Positions 1 to 13,107 of a stretch of DNA of 64,000 nt are shown here, one piece after another. Source of the stretch: Podarcis vaucheri. Taxonomy: Eukaryota. Positions within the stretch are counted from its first letter, which is position 1; each line of letters opens with the position of its first letter. The position numbers and the translations under genes were made by a program. The stretch is from NCBI GenBank assembly GCA_965113315.1, contig OZ220367.1. One strand, 5' to 3'. The notes below the pieces were generated by a model. It saw only the letters and a list, made by a program, of their open reading frames with translations, was not told the DNA's origin and ran no database searches.

Positions 1-605
1 TCTTAAATGAAGGAAAACTACAATTTGTGTAACCAAATCACGTAGTGTTCATTAGCAGAGTATAAAAGCCTTTTGGAATGACTGACAATATAGGGCAAAA
101 CAAGGTACCTTACTGGAAATGAGATTTTTACAACTTCTACACCTGTTAAATCATAAATGTAAATGTCACATTAACCAATCTGTAAACAATTTGCTTTTCT
201 CTTTCTTAAAACTGCAGGAAAACACTGGGCTAGGAATTCACTGTGAATTCAGAATACTACTTACTGTATTTGTATGCTGCTTTTCTTGTACAAAATTAAA
301 AGACTGCTCTCTTAGAAGAGCTCTTTATCTGCATAGGCAACCACAATTTGCACCTGGGTTGTATTCCGGGTCACCGCGCACAATAGTGAAACACCCATAA
401 GCTGGTTCCACCTCCTTTTCCGGCCACTTCCAAGTTGCTGCGATGCACAAGTGTGCAGTCGTGCATCAATTGGAGGCGCATATATCTGTTTTCGCCTGTA
501 GTATATATCAACAATGTATGGAGAAGGGTGATGGCAGAACTTCCAGGTTGGCTTTATAGTACTAGAGTTTGTTCCTCTCGATGGGCAATCAGTGTCTGAC
601 CATTA

Positions 606-819
606 CAGTGGTACCTCCGGTTGCGGGTGGGATCCATTCCGGACATCCAGCCGGATCCTGAGGTTTTCACAACCGGAGAGACCGCTTCTGCGCACACGGT
701 AGTAGAGCGCTTCTGCACATGCGCGTGTGGCAAAAACCCGGAAATGTACTTCTGGGTTTGCTGCTTACGTATCCTGAAGTTTACGTAACCGGAGGGCTAC
801 ATAAGCGGAGGTACGACGG
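606..819. mobile_element. Tigger/mariner-like MITE
   Basis: TA|CAGTGGTACCTCCG...CGGAGGTACGACGG|TA. Confidence 0.8.
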
Positions 820-1264
820 TATTTCCCTTTCCCCTTCCCTTACCTTCCCTATTAAGCCTATTAAGTAGCTCCAAATTTGTCCAACAAGATCCTGTTGGGA
901 ACAATTTTATTGCTTACTGAGATAAAGGAGTATTGTATGCACTACCTTGCTTAAACACAAAGCGCTACAAAGTATTGTTAATCCTCCTCCATTTTGCTAT
1001 GAGTTAGTTCTATGGTGGGGTTCTAATTTTTATCAGACAAAAAAATTACAACTTTCTTGATCATCCATGTTACCAGGAAAAATGAGGTTGTATCCAATTA
1101 AGTTCTACTCAAGAGTAGGCCCACTGAAATTAACGAGCCTAAGTCAGTCATGCCCATTAATTTCAATAGGTCTATTTTGAGTAGGACTAGCATGGAAGAC
1201 CGGGCACGATCCAGCAAAAAGTGACCCACCTATACACATGTTGAGATGAGCAAGATGTTTAAGC

Positions 1265-1500
1265 AACATCCTGAAATTGCAGTCATTAAGAGTCGTCAAC
1301 AGGCTCATCTCAGCTATCTGCCAATCTCCCATTCCCACCACCCTTCTGAGTAATACCCCTCCCCACCTTCTCACTATATAGAAGGATCTGGCAACTTCTG
1401 TTTCAGTGTATCTGAAGAAGTATGCATGCACACGAAAGCTCATACCAAGAACTAACTTAGTTGGTCTTTAAGGTGCTACTGGAAGGAATTTTTTTATTTC
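1265..1500 (+). mobile_element. Penelope-like element terminal fragment
   Basis: CTGAAGAAG...CACGAAAGCTCATACC...GTTGGTCTTTAAGGTGCTAC motif; related copy at 54853-55001. Confidence 0.7.
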
Positions 1501-3224
1501 ATCCTGAAATTTTGTTTCACACAAATGTTGCTTTGCCTAATTATTTCCCTAGGCATGTTATGTTGCGTAAGTGTTTTGATATGGCAAGCTTTAATTACCA
1601 ACAACATCGTTTAAGTCAGAAAGAGAAGACTGCCCAGAACGGGAATGCAGGCAACTTTGGTTAATGTGAAACAGACAAGAGGCTGGTTTTGAGATCTGAG
1701 CTGGAAGGAGGATAGGAATGTTGGGACCTCTATAATGTACTTAGTCAAGTACATTATAGTCAACCCCTGCCGTTTACTCCTATGTGAAAAAGTGTAGCAG
1801 TTGAGGACACCACTGTAATAGGCAAGATCTCTCCCCTCATCTCTAACAGGGAAAGAAGGGTGGTCTCTACTGAGAACATACCTGGACTCTTTCTTTAATC
1901 TATCCATCACAGAGACAAGCATCTTGCTAATATTCTTTAAAAGTAGGCTGCAGTGGGAATCATCTGCTGTAAAAGGTAGTTAGGGCTATGATCTGCACCC
2001 TGAATATTAGTTCCCTAAAATGGACCGCGAAGTTGAGCAGTGTAATGGGGTACTGTAAGTTCTCCCATCCACCCAACTTGATTCAGGTTGCCCAAGATGG
2101 CAACTCCTCCCTGGGCCAACCCTCTCCTCACTGAAGAAAACCACCTGCAGCCAAAAGAAAAAGGAAGGGGGGGGCAGTCAAAATGAACCTGTTTCCTTCA
2201 CAGAGGAGGAGCTTCTGGAGACTGTTAGGTAGAGAGAAACCGGTTTCAGCAGCGACCCAAGCAAGGAGGAAAGTCTTCAGCCTCAGAAAGCTACGAACTG
2301 AGATGGCACCAAGATGCAAGTCTCCCTCCTTTGGAAAAGAGAGCAAGACCACAAGGCAAAAGGGCAGGGGGAGCAAGACTCTAACTTAGGAATGAAGAAA
2401 CTTCCATTCCTCCCCCTCCCAAATTTTTTTAAAAAATGCTTTATTTTTCTTGCCTTTGCCTACCCTCTAGTGGACACTGCCACAGTAACTCCAAGTTCGT
2501 TTACAGCCAAGGCTTATTGTTTTGGATTAAACAGCCTTTGCCTGCTGCCCCCTTTCTCTGGAGAATGAGGGAAGACACCCCTTGTTTTCCTCTTGCTGCC
2601 TTATTAAATGCTGTGCACCACTGGCTTAAGAGTCAAACAAAGGCTAGCCCCTCTGGAGCCAAGAGCCCAGCAGAGCCCCACAGAGCTCTCTGCTCTGGCC
2701 CTTCCTGTGACCTCTGAGCCTTCAGAGGTAGCATGCTACGTGAAAAATGGGTGGAGAATGTCAGCAAAACCACACAACCAGTTCACACAAACAAAGATGC
2801 AAGGCACACCTAGAACCATCCTCTACCACAAATGCAAACATGACGCAATTATTCACCGGTGAAATACAAGCCATGATGTGCTCCAAGCAGACAAATCATT
2901 CTAGTTCACTGATACAACACAGCCAAATCACAGGCTTCAAAGGAAGGTACCCACACATACAGACCGTCTAAACTTGCCAAGCGCTTAGACAAGCTTTGAA
3001 GACAGATGCTTCTTAGGAACTACAAACCTGGGCAGAATGCCACCTTCATGCATCTATTTAGTTGTGCCACGCTTTCTTCCAAGGAAAAGCTTTTATGCTC
3101 AGAACATCTTAAACCTCTTTCCAGTATGGATGTAGGCGAGTATTACTTACTAACCAAATAACCCTATGTGATTCAAGGCAGCTACATAGCAGTGAAATTG
3201 TATTTCACCTGGCCATTCTAGAGT

Positions 3225-3458
3225 CAGGGTGGCATAATGGTTAGAGTGTTGGACTAGGACCTGGGAGACCCGGGTTCAAATCCCCCCTCAGCCATGAAAC
3301 TCACCGGGTGACCTTGGGCCAGTCACCATCTCTTAGCCTAACCTACCTCACAGGATTGCTGTAGGGATGAAATGGGGAGAACCATCTTGAGCTCCTTGGA
3401 AGAAGAGGTGGTATATAAATATAAATAATAATGATGATGATGATGATGATGATGATGA
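3225..3458 (+). mobile_element. tRNA-derived SINE (Squam3-like) with TAAA/(GAT)n tail
   Basis: A box TGGCATAATGG, B box GGTTCAAATCC, core-like body, simple-repeat tail. Confidence 0.7.
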
Positions 3459-5564
3459 TAATTCCATAGCAATGATAAAAAGCCTGATCTGCAATCTAGC
3501 AAGCCAGATTTTAATAGAATAATAGCATCACTTATTTTGAGCCTAGAAAACTGGCCTGTAAAAGCAATATTCAAAGCATCTTACAAAAGATAAACAAAAA
3601 ATCTAAAAATCTAAAAAAAGAGAAAAAAGACCAGAGAAGAAAGACCATTTTTTCTCTGGGAATTATAATAATGCTATTATTCCTCTGCTGTACCTGATGC
3701 AATATGCTAGTAAGTTACATGGTGCCGTCAGAACCGTGTAGTAAAAAAAAAAAAAAAGCTTCGAAATCTGAGACAAATCTTAGTTCTATGAATGTTTTGT
3801 GGGGGGGAGGACTGTAATTTATCCATATGAGTATTACAAAATAAGTGAGGGGTAACTATTAAGGGATATACTTTTGCCAAATTATTAAGTAACACAACCT
3901 CATCTCTAATCACCCCAAGACAATCCCCCCTCTATGTATTAAAATGCCTTTTAATCTCATTTCCACCCCTGATTGCACTCATTCTTGTACCATCATATTT
4001 CTGACCTGTACTGTACTAAGACTACCAATATTCCTTAGAGCCAGTTTGCACATTACACAGGAGTGGGGAGAAGAGACGTCTCATTGGTTCACCCTTTGCC
4101 TTGCTCCACCTTTGCTGGGACTGATGAGGATAGCTGGACTAGCCACACCTGCACTGAAAGCATCTTTGAAATTTAGAGATCACATTTCACCCCAAGGTCA
4201 GAGAAAGAGCTGCCCAAGAACCCTGAAATCCTCATGTTATAGCCTATGTTATGCAGAGAATTCGCAGAAAATAGGTGGCACCCCTTTTATGTACTAAACC
4301 AACAGCAACCAGTTTGGTCAAATGAACATTAGCTGATACCTTGACCAGGGAAAAAGTTGCCATTTCCCCCTAAATTTATACTACATGTGTGAGTGGATAT
4401 GGAGGGAAAATGTAAAAATGTGCATTTCTTTGCAGATCTTTCATGTAACATTAAAATATAGTTTAATAAACTATAGGTAATAAACCATGGGTGGAATTCA
4501 ACATCCCGCTCTACTGAATATCAGCTTGCCAGATGAAACAAATCTTCTGCCAATTGGCAGATTAATATTCTACAGTCTTTTAAATGAGGCAATGGGAAGA
4601 AGGTGGGGGGGGGTCATTGCTTTATATTAATTATTTACCTGTGTTTTTATGTTGCATAAAACCTTGATCTCACCCTGAGATCTTTCAATAAAAGGTGGTA
4701 TATAAATTTAAATAACAACAACAATTACTACAGTCAACACGGGGGGGGGGGGGCTTCTGAATATGCGTTTTTTGGGGGGATGAACCCACCACATGTTTAA
4801 CATTATGTGTACACCAGGTCAGTTCCATGTGACAGCTTTTTATGTGTGCCTTCATTTGTAAACTATCCTTCAGCTCTTATTTACAGAATTTGTGGATTAT
4901 CAATGCTTCACAACACAATCTTTGATAAGATTACTCTTAACAATATCCTTCACAAAACTAAAGCAGGGGAAGAGAAATACTGCTATTTTTATTTTAAGCT
5001 ACAAAAGCCAATTTCTTTTGTGTTTTTATGCACTGGAAATGAATTAGATGATAAGTAAGCATAACTACCAAGAAATGTAGCACAGGTAAAAAATACTAGG
5101 CAGTTATGAGATATTTTGCATTTAACACTTTAGCCTTATGAAGATATTTGGAAAAGATTCATGCCATACATACAGATAAAAACATTAGTTAAGAACAGCT
5201 AATTTAAGGTACTGTCTAGAAATGAGTGCATTTCCAATTTAAATATTGATGGGAGCTATAATATTCTATTCACCACAAACATATTCAAATCATGTGGGCA
5301 GAAGCAGCTCCCAGCATGCTGGATGTGCTCCCTCTACTGGCCACCTGAAATAATTTTAGCTACATCTTCAACCTAAAAAACATTCAGATCATCCTTTGCA
5401 GAATCTTATTGTCTTATAAGTCTAAGGGCCTAGAGCCAACACAGTTTTGGCATATACAGTGCCAATTTAAAAAGATAGGTAAGGTTCCATTCAGACATTT
5501 CAACAGATAATGGTTAAGAAAATTTAACCATGGCTTAGCATAGGGCCCAAATTGACAACCTATA

Positions 5565-5896
5565 CAGTGGTGCCTCGCAAGACGAAAAGAATCCGTTCCG
5601 TGATTCTCTTCGTCTAGCGGTTTTTCGTCTTGCGAAGCAAGCCCATTGACGGATTAGAGGATTAGCGCTATTAGCGGCTTTTAGCGGCTTATCAGCTTAT
5701 CGGATCAGCTGATAAGCGGCTTAGCGGCTTAGAAAAAGGGGGGGAGGAAAAAAACCAGCAGGAACTCGCAAGACATTTTCGTCTTGCAAAGCAAGCCCAT
5801 AGGAGATTCGTTTTGCGAAGCACCTCCAAAACGGAAAACTCTTTCGTCTAGCGAGTTTTCCGTCTTGCGAGGCATTCGTCTTGCGGGGCACCACTG
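5565..5896. mobile_element. Tigger/mariner-like MITE
   Basis: TA|CAGTGGTGCCTCGCAAGACGAA...TTCGTCTTGCGGGGCACCACTG|TA. Confidence 0.85.
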
Positions 5897-5985
5897 TAAT
5901 TATGAGCATGGCTTCATCTGCCATGACATTTTACCACCCAAAGTGCCTGGGGAGGCCCGGCCAGATGGGCAGGGTAGAAGTAATA

Positions 5986-6031
<46 letters not shown>

Positions 6032-7391
6032 TACTACTATTACTGAGACCTTTGTGAATCCTGAACTTAGTGCTCTGTTTACAACATATGGACTTGTCAA
6101 CTGATCTCTGTCGCATCACTGTAAGGGCAACTGATGGCAAGAATGATCTACCATCACATGCATTCTGTTTTCACCACTGTCATAACTGCACCCCTTCATT
6201 CTGCAGTTGTAAAGAGGGGTTCCTCAGTCGAATTCCCTTTTGCTGGAGACTCAAATGTCTGAACATTTTTTGGGTAGATCATAACTTCTTTCATAAGCCA
6301 ATGAGAACTTAGTGCTTTCTATGTTTTCTTAAGAGGCGTTTACACAGTACCTCTCTATGCGTATACCATACAGGTGGGGAGAGGGAAGTAGGACTACAGT
6401 GCTGGACTCAACGCCCCCCCCCAATACCCACATGTTCAGGATGTAAGCGCATAGGCTCTCCTTTCCTATGTCTTGCCTAATCTGTGTTACTCAGAACTGA
6501 CTTAAAATTTATTTTAGACATAGAGGACTAGTGTGTCAACGGCTCCTCAATTTTAGGACCAAGCTCAATTGGTCCTAAATTGGCTGATCATAGCCCTCTT
6601 TAGGCATTGCGGCCCCTCATATAATGACAGGTAGAGTGTGGGTACGAAAATGTGGAAGCAAAAGTAGAAGTTATTAAAATGTAGTTTTAATAATCATGGA
6701 AGATTATTCTTTAAGAGTTCACACTATGGGAAAACCACCACAAAAAGACTAACTATACTGTGTGTTGACTAGGACTAATGCATGGCTGATTTTATGATAT
6801 GTGAAAGTACCCAATACAGCAGCTTTAGGGGACAAGTGAAATCAGTTACCCCAAGAAAAGCAATTTGATAAAAAGATGAGACCACTTTGATTTTTCTACA
6901 GCAATCTCTCACCCCATCTCAGTTACCGCTGTGTTCAGTATATATTGCGTTAAAAGCTTAATTACTGTATTACTACTGTGCATGAATGCTTCATTCATAC
7001 AGTTTAGCAAAACCAATAAGGAAAAATCGAATGCTCTGCTATTTAAAGACATAGCAAACTATGAAGCTCAGAGAGAAATCTAGATAATTAATAAAAAGCA
7101 GGTTCAAATATATTAAGTTTTATGAAAAGTTTAAAGAGATTTTAAAAAACGATTTGCATGTTAAATTTATAATCCCACCTTTTATTGCAGCGTGATTCTG
7201 GGATGAGTTACAAACAGTTCAAGACAATGGAAGATCCTGGTCTCTAGAAAGGACATCCGCCCCCTGCCCCCGCATAACCAAGGTATATACAAGACTACAA
7301 TATGCCATATTGAGGCCATATTGCGACATTATGTTCTAAATTCAGGTCACATATTCCTCAAACTATACCAGAAATATTTAACTTAACTCAC

Positions 7392-7520
7392 CATTGTCAT
7401 CTTCCTGTCTTTAAAACCAATATTCATTTCCTTACATTTCTCTGTGGCACGCTCCAATTTGTTTTTAAGATCAATGGCTTGTCTTAGATGTTCATCATTT
7501 ATTCCAGCCCTTGTGAACAA
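7392..7520 (-). CDS. UVSSA: UVSSA coding exon 6 (gene continues beyond the window start)
   Basis: ttttag|[43 protein letters not shown]|gtgagt; 129 nt; no later UVSSA exon recognised in 1-7391. Confidence 0.92.
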
Positions 7521-7793
7521 CTAAAAAATAAAAACCGGAACATTAGCTGACTTGGCATTCAAATACATGCCAAGATTTCATGCACATTTGGCATGCCATG
7601 GGAATTTGTAATACAGATAACTCGCAACTTATGCACATTTAATTTGTGTGCCATTCAGCTTCACACACCGCTGGTTAATAAAAAGTAAAGGTAGCCACCG
7701 TCACCACCAAACTCATATTAGGGAAATACATTTATTAGATGAGATGGTAAATAATGGGGGGGGGGGTAGGATCTGGTTGTTTATAATGTTGTG

Positions 7794-8656
7794 AGCTTAG
7801 ATGAAAAGATTGGTGGGATGCTCATCCAATGTGCAGATGACTCCTAACTGGGAGGGGTAGCTAATGCTGCAGAAGACAGAACTGGGATTCAAGATGACCT
7901 TAACTGATTGGAGAACTGGGCCCAAACTCACAAAATGAATTTCAGTAGGGACAAATGTAAGGTTCTGCACTTAGGCAGGAAGAACCAGCTGCAGAAATAT
8001 AGGATGGGGGACACCTGGCTTGCCAGTAGTACATGTGGAAAGGATCGAGGGGTCTTAATAGACCACAAGTTCAACATAAGTCAACAGTGTGATGCAGCAG
8101 GGAGAAAGCTAATGTTATTCTAGGCTTCATCAGCAGACGTCTAGTGTCCAGGTCAAGGGAAGTAATAGTACCACTCTATTCTGCTTTGGTCAAACCACAC
8201 CTGGAGTCATGTGTTCAGTGCTGGGCACCACAATTTAAGAAGGATATTGACAAGTCTGAACATGTGCAGAAGAGAGTGATCAAGATGATAAAGGGTCTCG
8301 AAACTAAGTCTTATGAGGAACAGTTGAGGAAGTTGTTGAGACTGAGACTGAGATGTGATATAACAGCCACCTTCAAATATCTAAAGTGCTGCAGATGAAA
8401 AAGCAAACCAATGTCTTCAAGTTACAAGAAATGAGATTCCAGTTAAACATTAGGAAGTACTTTATGACAGTAAGAGCTGTTCACCAGTGGAGCAGACTCC
8501 CACAAGAGGTTGTGTATTCTCCTTCATTGGAGGTTTTTTATGCAGAGGTTAGATGGCCATATGTCATCTATGTTCTAGTTGGGATTCTTGGATTGCAGGG
8601 GGTTGGACTAAATGACCCCTGAGGTCTCTTCCAACTCTGCAGTTCTGATTCTATGT
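7794..8656 (+). mobile_element. CR1 LINE 3' fragment (degenerate)
   Basis: ORF2 C-terminal KCKVLHLG...[20 protein letters not shown] with stops; TTCCAACTCT...GATTCTATG end. Confidence 0.9.
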
Positions 8657-9184
8657 AATGCCAGTCCTCCAACAGTGATTTCCAAAGCAGAAGTATTCTG
8701 ATATCAAGAATTTTTAGAAAGGAAAGGCTTACCTAAGATTAACTATATTACAAGCATCCTGGAAACCACCCAAACCCTATTCTCTTCAATCAAAATACAA
8801 CAGAGTAGGAGCCAAGTAACTCTGTCTTACCACCAGTGCTTACTTTTTCCAATCCAAAAGAACAATGACTGGCTAGATTTTCCTGTTGCATCTGATTAAG
8901 ATCCTAGTACCAAGGATTACAATAAATGTCCATTTTCTGCCTTAACTAGCATTACTGTACTTGTCAGGGAAACTATAACGCTGACTGCACCATTAAGAAA
9001 GCACACACACAGAATCTTCTCTCCACTAGGTTAACTTTTTGAATAGAAATTTATGAAAGCTTTTTAAAGCATGAGATTATGAAAGTTTTGGTTGAAATCA
9101 GAGGAGATGGAAATAAAGGAATGTGTGACATCTCCCTCAAATACTGAACACAGCTCAGAAATAAAACATCAGTATAAGTTTGGA

Positions 9185-9542
9185 GGACGCGGGTGGCGCT
9201 GTGGGCTAAAGCCTCAGCGCCTAGGGCTTGCCGATCGAAAGGTCGGCGGTTCGAATCCCCGCGGCGGGGTGCGCTCCCACTGCTCGGTCCCAGCGCCTGC
9301 CAACCTAGCAGTTCGAAAGCACCCCCGGGTGCAAGTAGATAAATAGGTACCGCTTACCAGCGGGAAGGTAAACGGCGTTCCGTGTGCTGCGCTGGCTCGC
9401 CAGATGCAGCTTTGTCACGCTGGCCATGTGACCCGGAAGTGTCTCCGGACAGCGCTGGCCCCCGGCCAATAGATGTGAGATGGGCGCACAAACCCCAGAG
9501 TCTGCCAAGACTGGCCCGTTCGGGCAGGGGTACCTTTACCTT
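9185..9542 (+). mobile_element. Sauria SINE, full length
   Basis: GGACGCGGGTGGCGCTGTGG head, GGTTCGAATCC B box, (ACCTTT)n tail, TSD TATAAGTTTGGA. Confidence 0.92.
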
Positions 9543-9729
9543 TATAAGTTTGGAAGGCTCCAAGTTCACAAAAAACAATGCTAAATGTGCTTTCAATTCA
9601 AGAATGCTGAAGTTAGTGTAGAGCCCAGGGGAACTAAAACACCACATGAGCATATTAGCATTTTGACACACAGAGAATAAACAAAATACAGAATTTATTT
9701 TTATTCTCAATGGAAGAGTTTTTCCTCAC

Positions 9730-9839
9730 CTGAATCCATGACTGTACAGAAGGCATGAATTTGTTTCTGATGAGCTTATAAGCGTCTGTAGCGTTATTTA
9801 TTATGGCTGTATTGTCTTCATTCTCCTGCAATTTCACAT
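9730..9839 (-). CDS. UVSSA: UVSSA coding exon 5
   Basis: gctag|[38 protein letters not shown]|gtgagg; 110 nt. Confidence 0.95.
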
Positions 9840-10451
9840 CTAGCAGGGGAAAAACAGACAATGAGCAAATGCATATCAAATTCACAGAATGTTTTGGTAC
9901 AGTATTAATTTATTTACTTATTTATTACATTTATATCTCATCTATCCTCTAACCTCAAGGTGGCATACATGGTTCTCTTCTCTTAGCAGCCTCCAACTTA
10001 GTAGGTTCGCCTAAAAGCAATAGGATATTTCTCCATACAATCTCTCCTCCCACCATTCTGGTTTTATAATTCAGTGGCTGCCACCACATGTTTGGTGAGT
10101 AACTAGACGCTTAAATAACTATTAGTAATACTAATACATCACCTTCCACACATTTCTCAAGGCAATGTACAAACTACAGTAAACAACAAAAAACAACAAA
10201 GAAAACAGCAGCAGATATTTTTTAAAAAAACAATATGAAGTAGACACCCATGGCAGAGCCCTATTCTGCTATGACTAGACACTTGAAATAAGGAAGATGC
10301 TGAAAAACAGTAGAAAAAAGGCCAGATGATCTCTTGATAGGTCTTAATTTGAAATCTTCCAACCTTTTTTTCAAGCCCTACTTGCAAAAATCAACAGTCA
10401 GAGGAAAGCAGGCCAGGACAAATATATTTTCCACCCAGGAACGGCAACATA

Positions 10452-10680
10452 CAGTGGTACCTCTGGATACGAACGGAATCCGTTCTGGAGCCCCGTTCGC
10501 ATCCTGAAGTAAACGTAACATGCGATTGTGCATCTGCGCATGTCGCGTTTCCGCAAATGACGTCATTTTGAGCGTCTGCGCATGCGCAAGTGGCGAAACG
10601 CACTCTGTCACTTCTGGGTCGCCGCAGAGCGCAACCCAAAAATACTTAACTTGAAGCTACTTCAACCCGAGGTATGACTG
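10452..10680. mobile_element. Tigger/mariner-like MITE
   Basis: TA|CAGTGGTACCTC...GAGGTATGACTG|TA. Confidence 0.82.
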
Positions 10681-10797
10681 TACTTATAACAGATTCTAAA
10701 TACTTGGTTATTAGCTGACAAGTGAAGATGATCATTTAAACTTTAATTAAAAGCAGTGTATTGTAATTAATGATTATGTTCCACAGAATCCCAGTAC

Positions 10798-11214
10798 CTG
10801 TGGCTATTTCAAGATTGAGACTGTATTTATGAGATCCAAGACCATGGCTCCGAACAAAGGTGGCATAGTCATCTTCTCCACTGGCAGCAGCAGAAGTCAA
10901 CTCAGAATTTAAAGAGTCTTCCATGCCTCCATTCTCCTCCATTTCGCTATTCAAGTCTTTTTTGTTACCAGCTTTCGGAACCAGAGAGATGGAAGGAAGG
11001 TCCTTGCTGCAGCAAGGCTGCTCATTATCATCAAGGAAATGTGCCTGTTGAGCTGCCCTCTCCACAGAAGAGCAGGAAACAGTTTTGTCCAGTTCAGCTG
11101 TCCTCCAATTGACTGTTTCAGTGTCATTTGCCATGAAGTCAAAGGGATCTGGCATCAGAAGCTGAAAACAATTCTCCATCTCGGTCAGCACAGCTTCGAT
11201 TTCTTGCGACATAT
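10798..11214 (-). CDS. UVSSA: UVSSA coding exon 4
   Basis: tgacag|AT-MSQEIEAVLTEMENCFQLL...FVRSHGLGSHKYSLNLEIAT-G|gtactg; 417 nt. Confidence 0.95.
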
Positions 11215-11508
11215 CTGTCAAGTGGTGGTAGTTTTAAAATACTGCCATAAAAATACAGAAAAATCACATACACTAAAATAAGTTTGTTCCCACAGAAGTT
11301 ATTTTGGGACAGAGTTTAGACTACTTTTTGCCTATGAAACTCTTTCACAACGATAGCACTATATAAATGTTTTCATACGTATTGTTTTTTACCTTGTATT
11401 TTTATTATGTGAACCGCCCTGATATCTATGGATGAAGGGTGATATACCAATTTAATACACAATAATAATATAAATAAATAAGTACTTTCCTTATTAAAAT
11501 TACTAGTA

Positions 11509-11697
11509 CAGTCGAACATCGAAAGTCGAACACCTTGCGAGATGAACATTTTGGCTCCTGAACACCACAAACCCGGAAGTGATTGTTCCAGTTTGTGCTT
11601 CCTGCAGCCAATCGGAAGCCGCACCTTGGTTCCCGAACATCTTGGAAGTCGAACAAACTTCCGGAATGGATTGCGTTCGACTTCCAAGGTACGACTG
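11509..11697. mobile_element. Tigger/mariner-like MITE
   Basis: TA|CAGTCGAACATCGAAAGTCGAAC...GTTCGACTTCCAAGGTACGACTG|TA. Confidence 0.75.
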
Positions 11698-11762
11698 TAT
11701 TGACATCTCCAAATGAAATTAGGACTAATGCACCACCATTTAAGGCACTAAACCGCACTCAC

Positions 11763-11883
11763 CTGCCATTTCCCTCTCGGCTTTTTTGGCTTTTTCCTTG
11801 TAAATATTATCCAACCTTTTTTGTTTCTCTTCATCTCTCTTCCTTTCTGCTAGAGTTCTGGCATTTGTATCTTGAAAATCTAC
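11763..11883 (-). CDS. UVSSA: UVSSA coding exon 3
   Basis: ctgtag|[41 protein letters not shown]|gtgagt; 121 nt. Confidence 0.96.
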
Positions 11884-12495
11884 CTACAGAATCGTAGAAT
11901 ATATTTCATTATTTTTGCCGTTGCTGAAAACGTATCGTGCATGTCAAGACAAATTTTCTTTGGTGGTCAACATCTGAAAGGAACAGACTGCACAAAATAA
12001 TACTTTCAGATATTTCTAAAGAATCTGTTTTTGAGCTAACAATAAAAGCTTCTTCTCAGAAGCTTAGGGCAAATCTCACAGAAAGTCCTTACTAGAAGTA
12101 GCACAAGGTGATACTAATACAGATTGTGTTCTATGTGCATGGGAAGGGACACAGAATTTCTTAAGTCGTTCCAATTTAAGAATACTTACCTTTTTCGTTT
12201 CAAATACTTAAACGATGCAAACTTTCAGTAGAAACACACATCTAATGCAGGAAATTCATTTTTCAGTGTCGTCTTTGTTAAATAATAAGTATTTTAGCAT
12301 TACCAATCAGTCTATGTGCAGCAGCACTTCAAAGTAATATAATATGGGTCTTTCATCTACTTATTTATAAAGAACCATATTTTTTTTGTTCACATTTAAT
12401 ATATTCACATCTGCTAGCAATGAACTAAACATTTCCAACACTTTATTCGTATAAAGCCACTAAGTATTCAATCATGAAAGTGAGTATTTAAGTAC

Positions 12496-12826
12496 CTTCT
12501 TATTCTGTTTTAGGAAATGGAATCCTAGTGAAAGTTTCTTGTAGGCCTCTCCATATTTCTCATGCCACTCCTGTACAGATTTAATGGCAGCTCTTTTTAG
12601 CTTTTGTGCCACTTCCACCGGTGGGGGAAGTGGCTGATCATAGTCTGTTTCCACTGTGAGTTCCAAGAACTCTTGGAAGTTTGAAATGATTAAAGTCCTA
12701 AACTGATGGGAACGGGTGAAGAGTTCATCCACAACTTGAAATGCTGACAGCCGTATCTCTGCGTGCTCTTGATTCAGCTGTGTCATCAGCAAGTGATAAA
12801 CGTGAGTAATATGCTCATCCGAGGAC
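12496..12826 (-). CDS. UVSSA: UVSSA coding exon 2 (VHS-like domain)
   Basis: ccaaag|[31 protein letters not shown]...[10 protein letters not shown]|gtactt; 331 nt. Confidence 0.96.
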
Positions 12827-13107
12827 CTTTGGAAAAGTAACCGGCATGATTAGCAAGAAAGCAAATACAGTACCGTCAACAGTGAAGTTTTTGTTTTTTT
12901 AAAAGTAACACCCGGGACAAGAAGAAAACTAATTCTCCCCAATTGCTTAACTTACTTCTGAACAAGCATGCACAGGATTGCACCCCCCGCTCCAAATAAT
13001 AATATAAAGAACAGCCACCATGGAAACGTTTGTTTTTAAAAGAAAGATTCCCAGATTTGCTTTTTATCATATTCTTTTTAAAAGAAAGGTTCCCAAATTT
13101 GCTTTTT

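Noticed and set aside
3225-3300. tRNA gene
   Set aside because: The A/B boxes belong to a SINE head followed by a SINE body and tail; the same applies to the Sauria SINE heads.
6050-6360. Possible UVSSA exon 7 or retrogene fragment
   Set aside because: No frame resembles the expected acidic ...FVEVPEKEGYE... exon and no clean splice sites were found.
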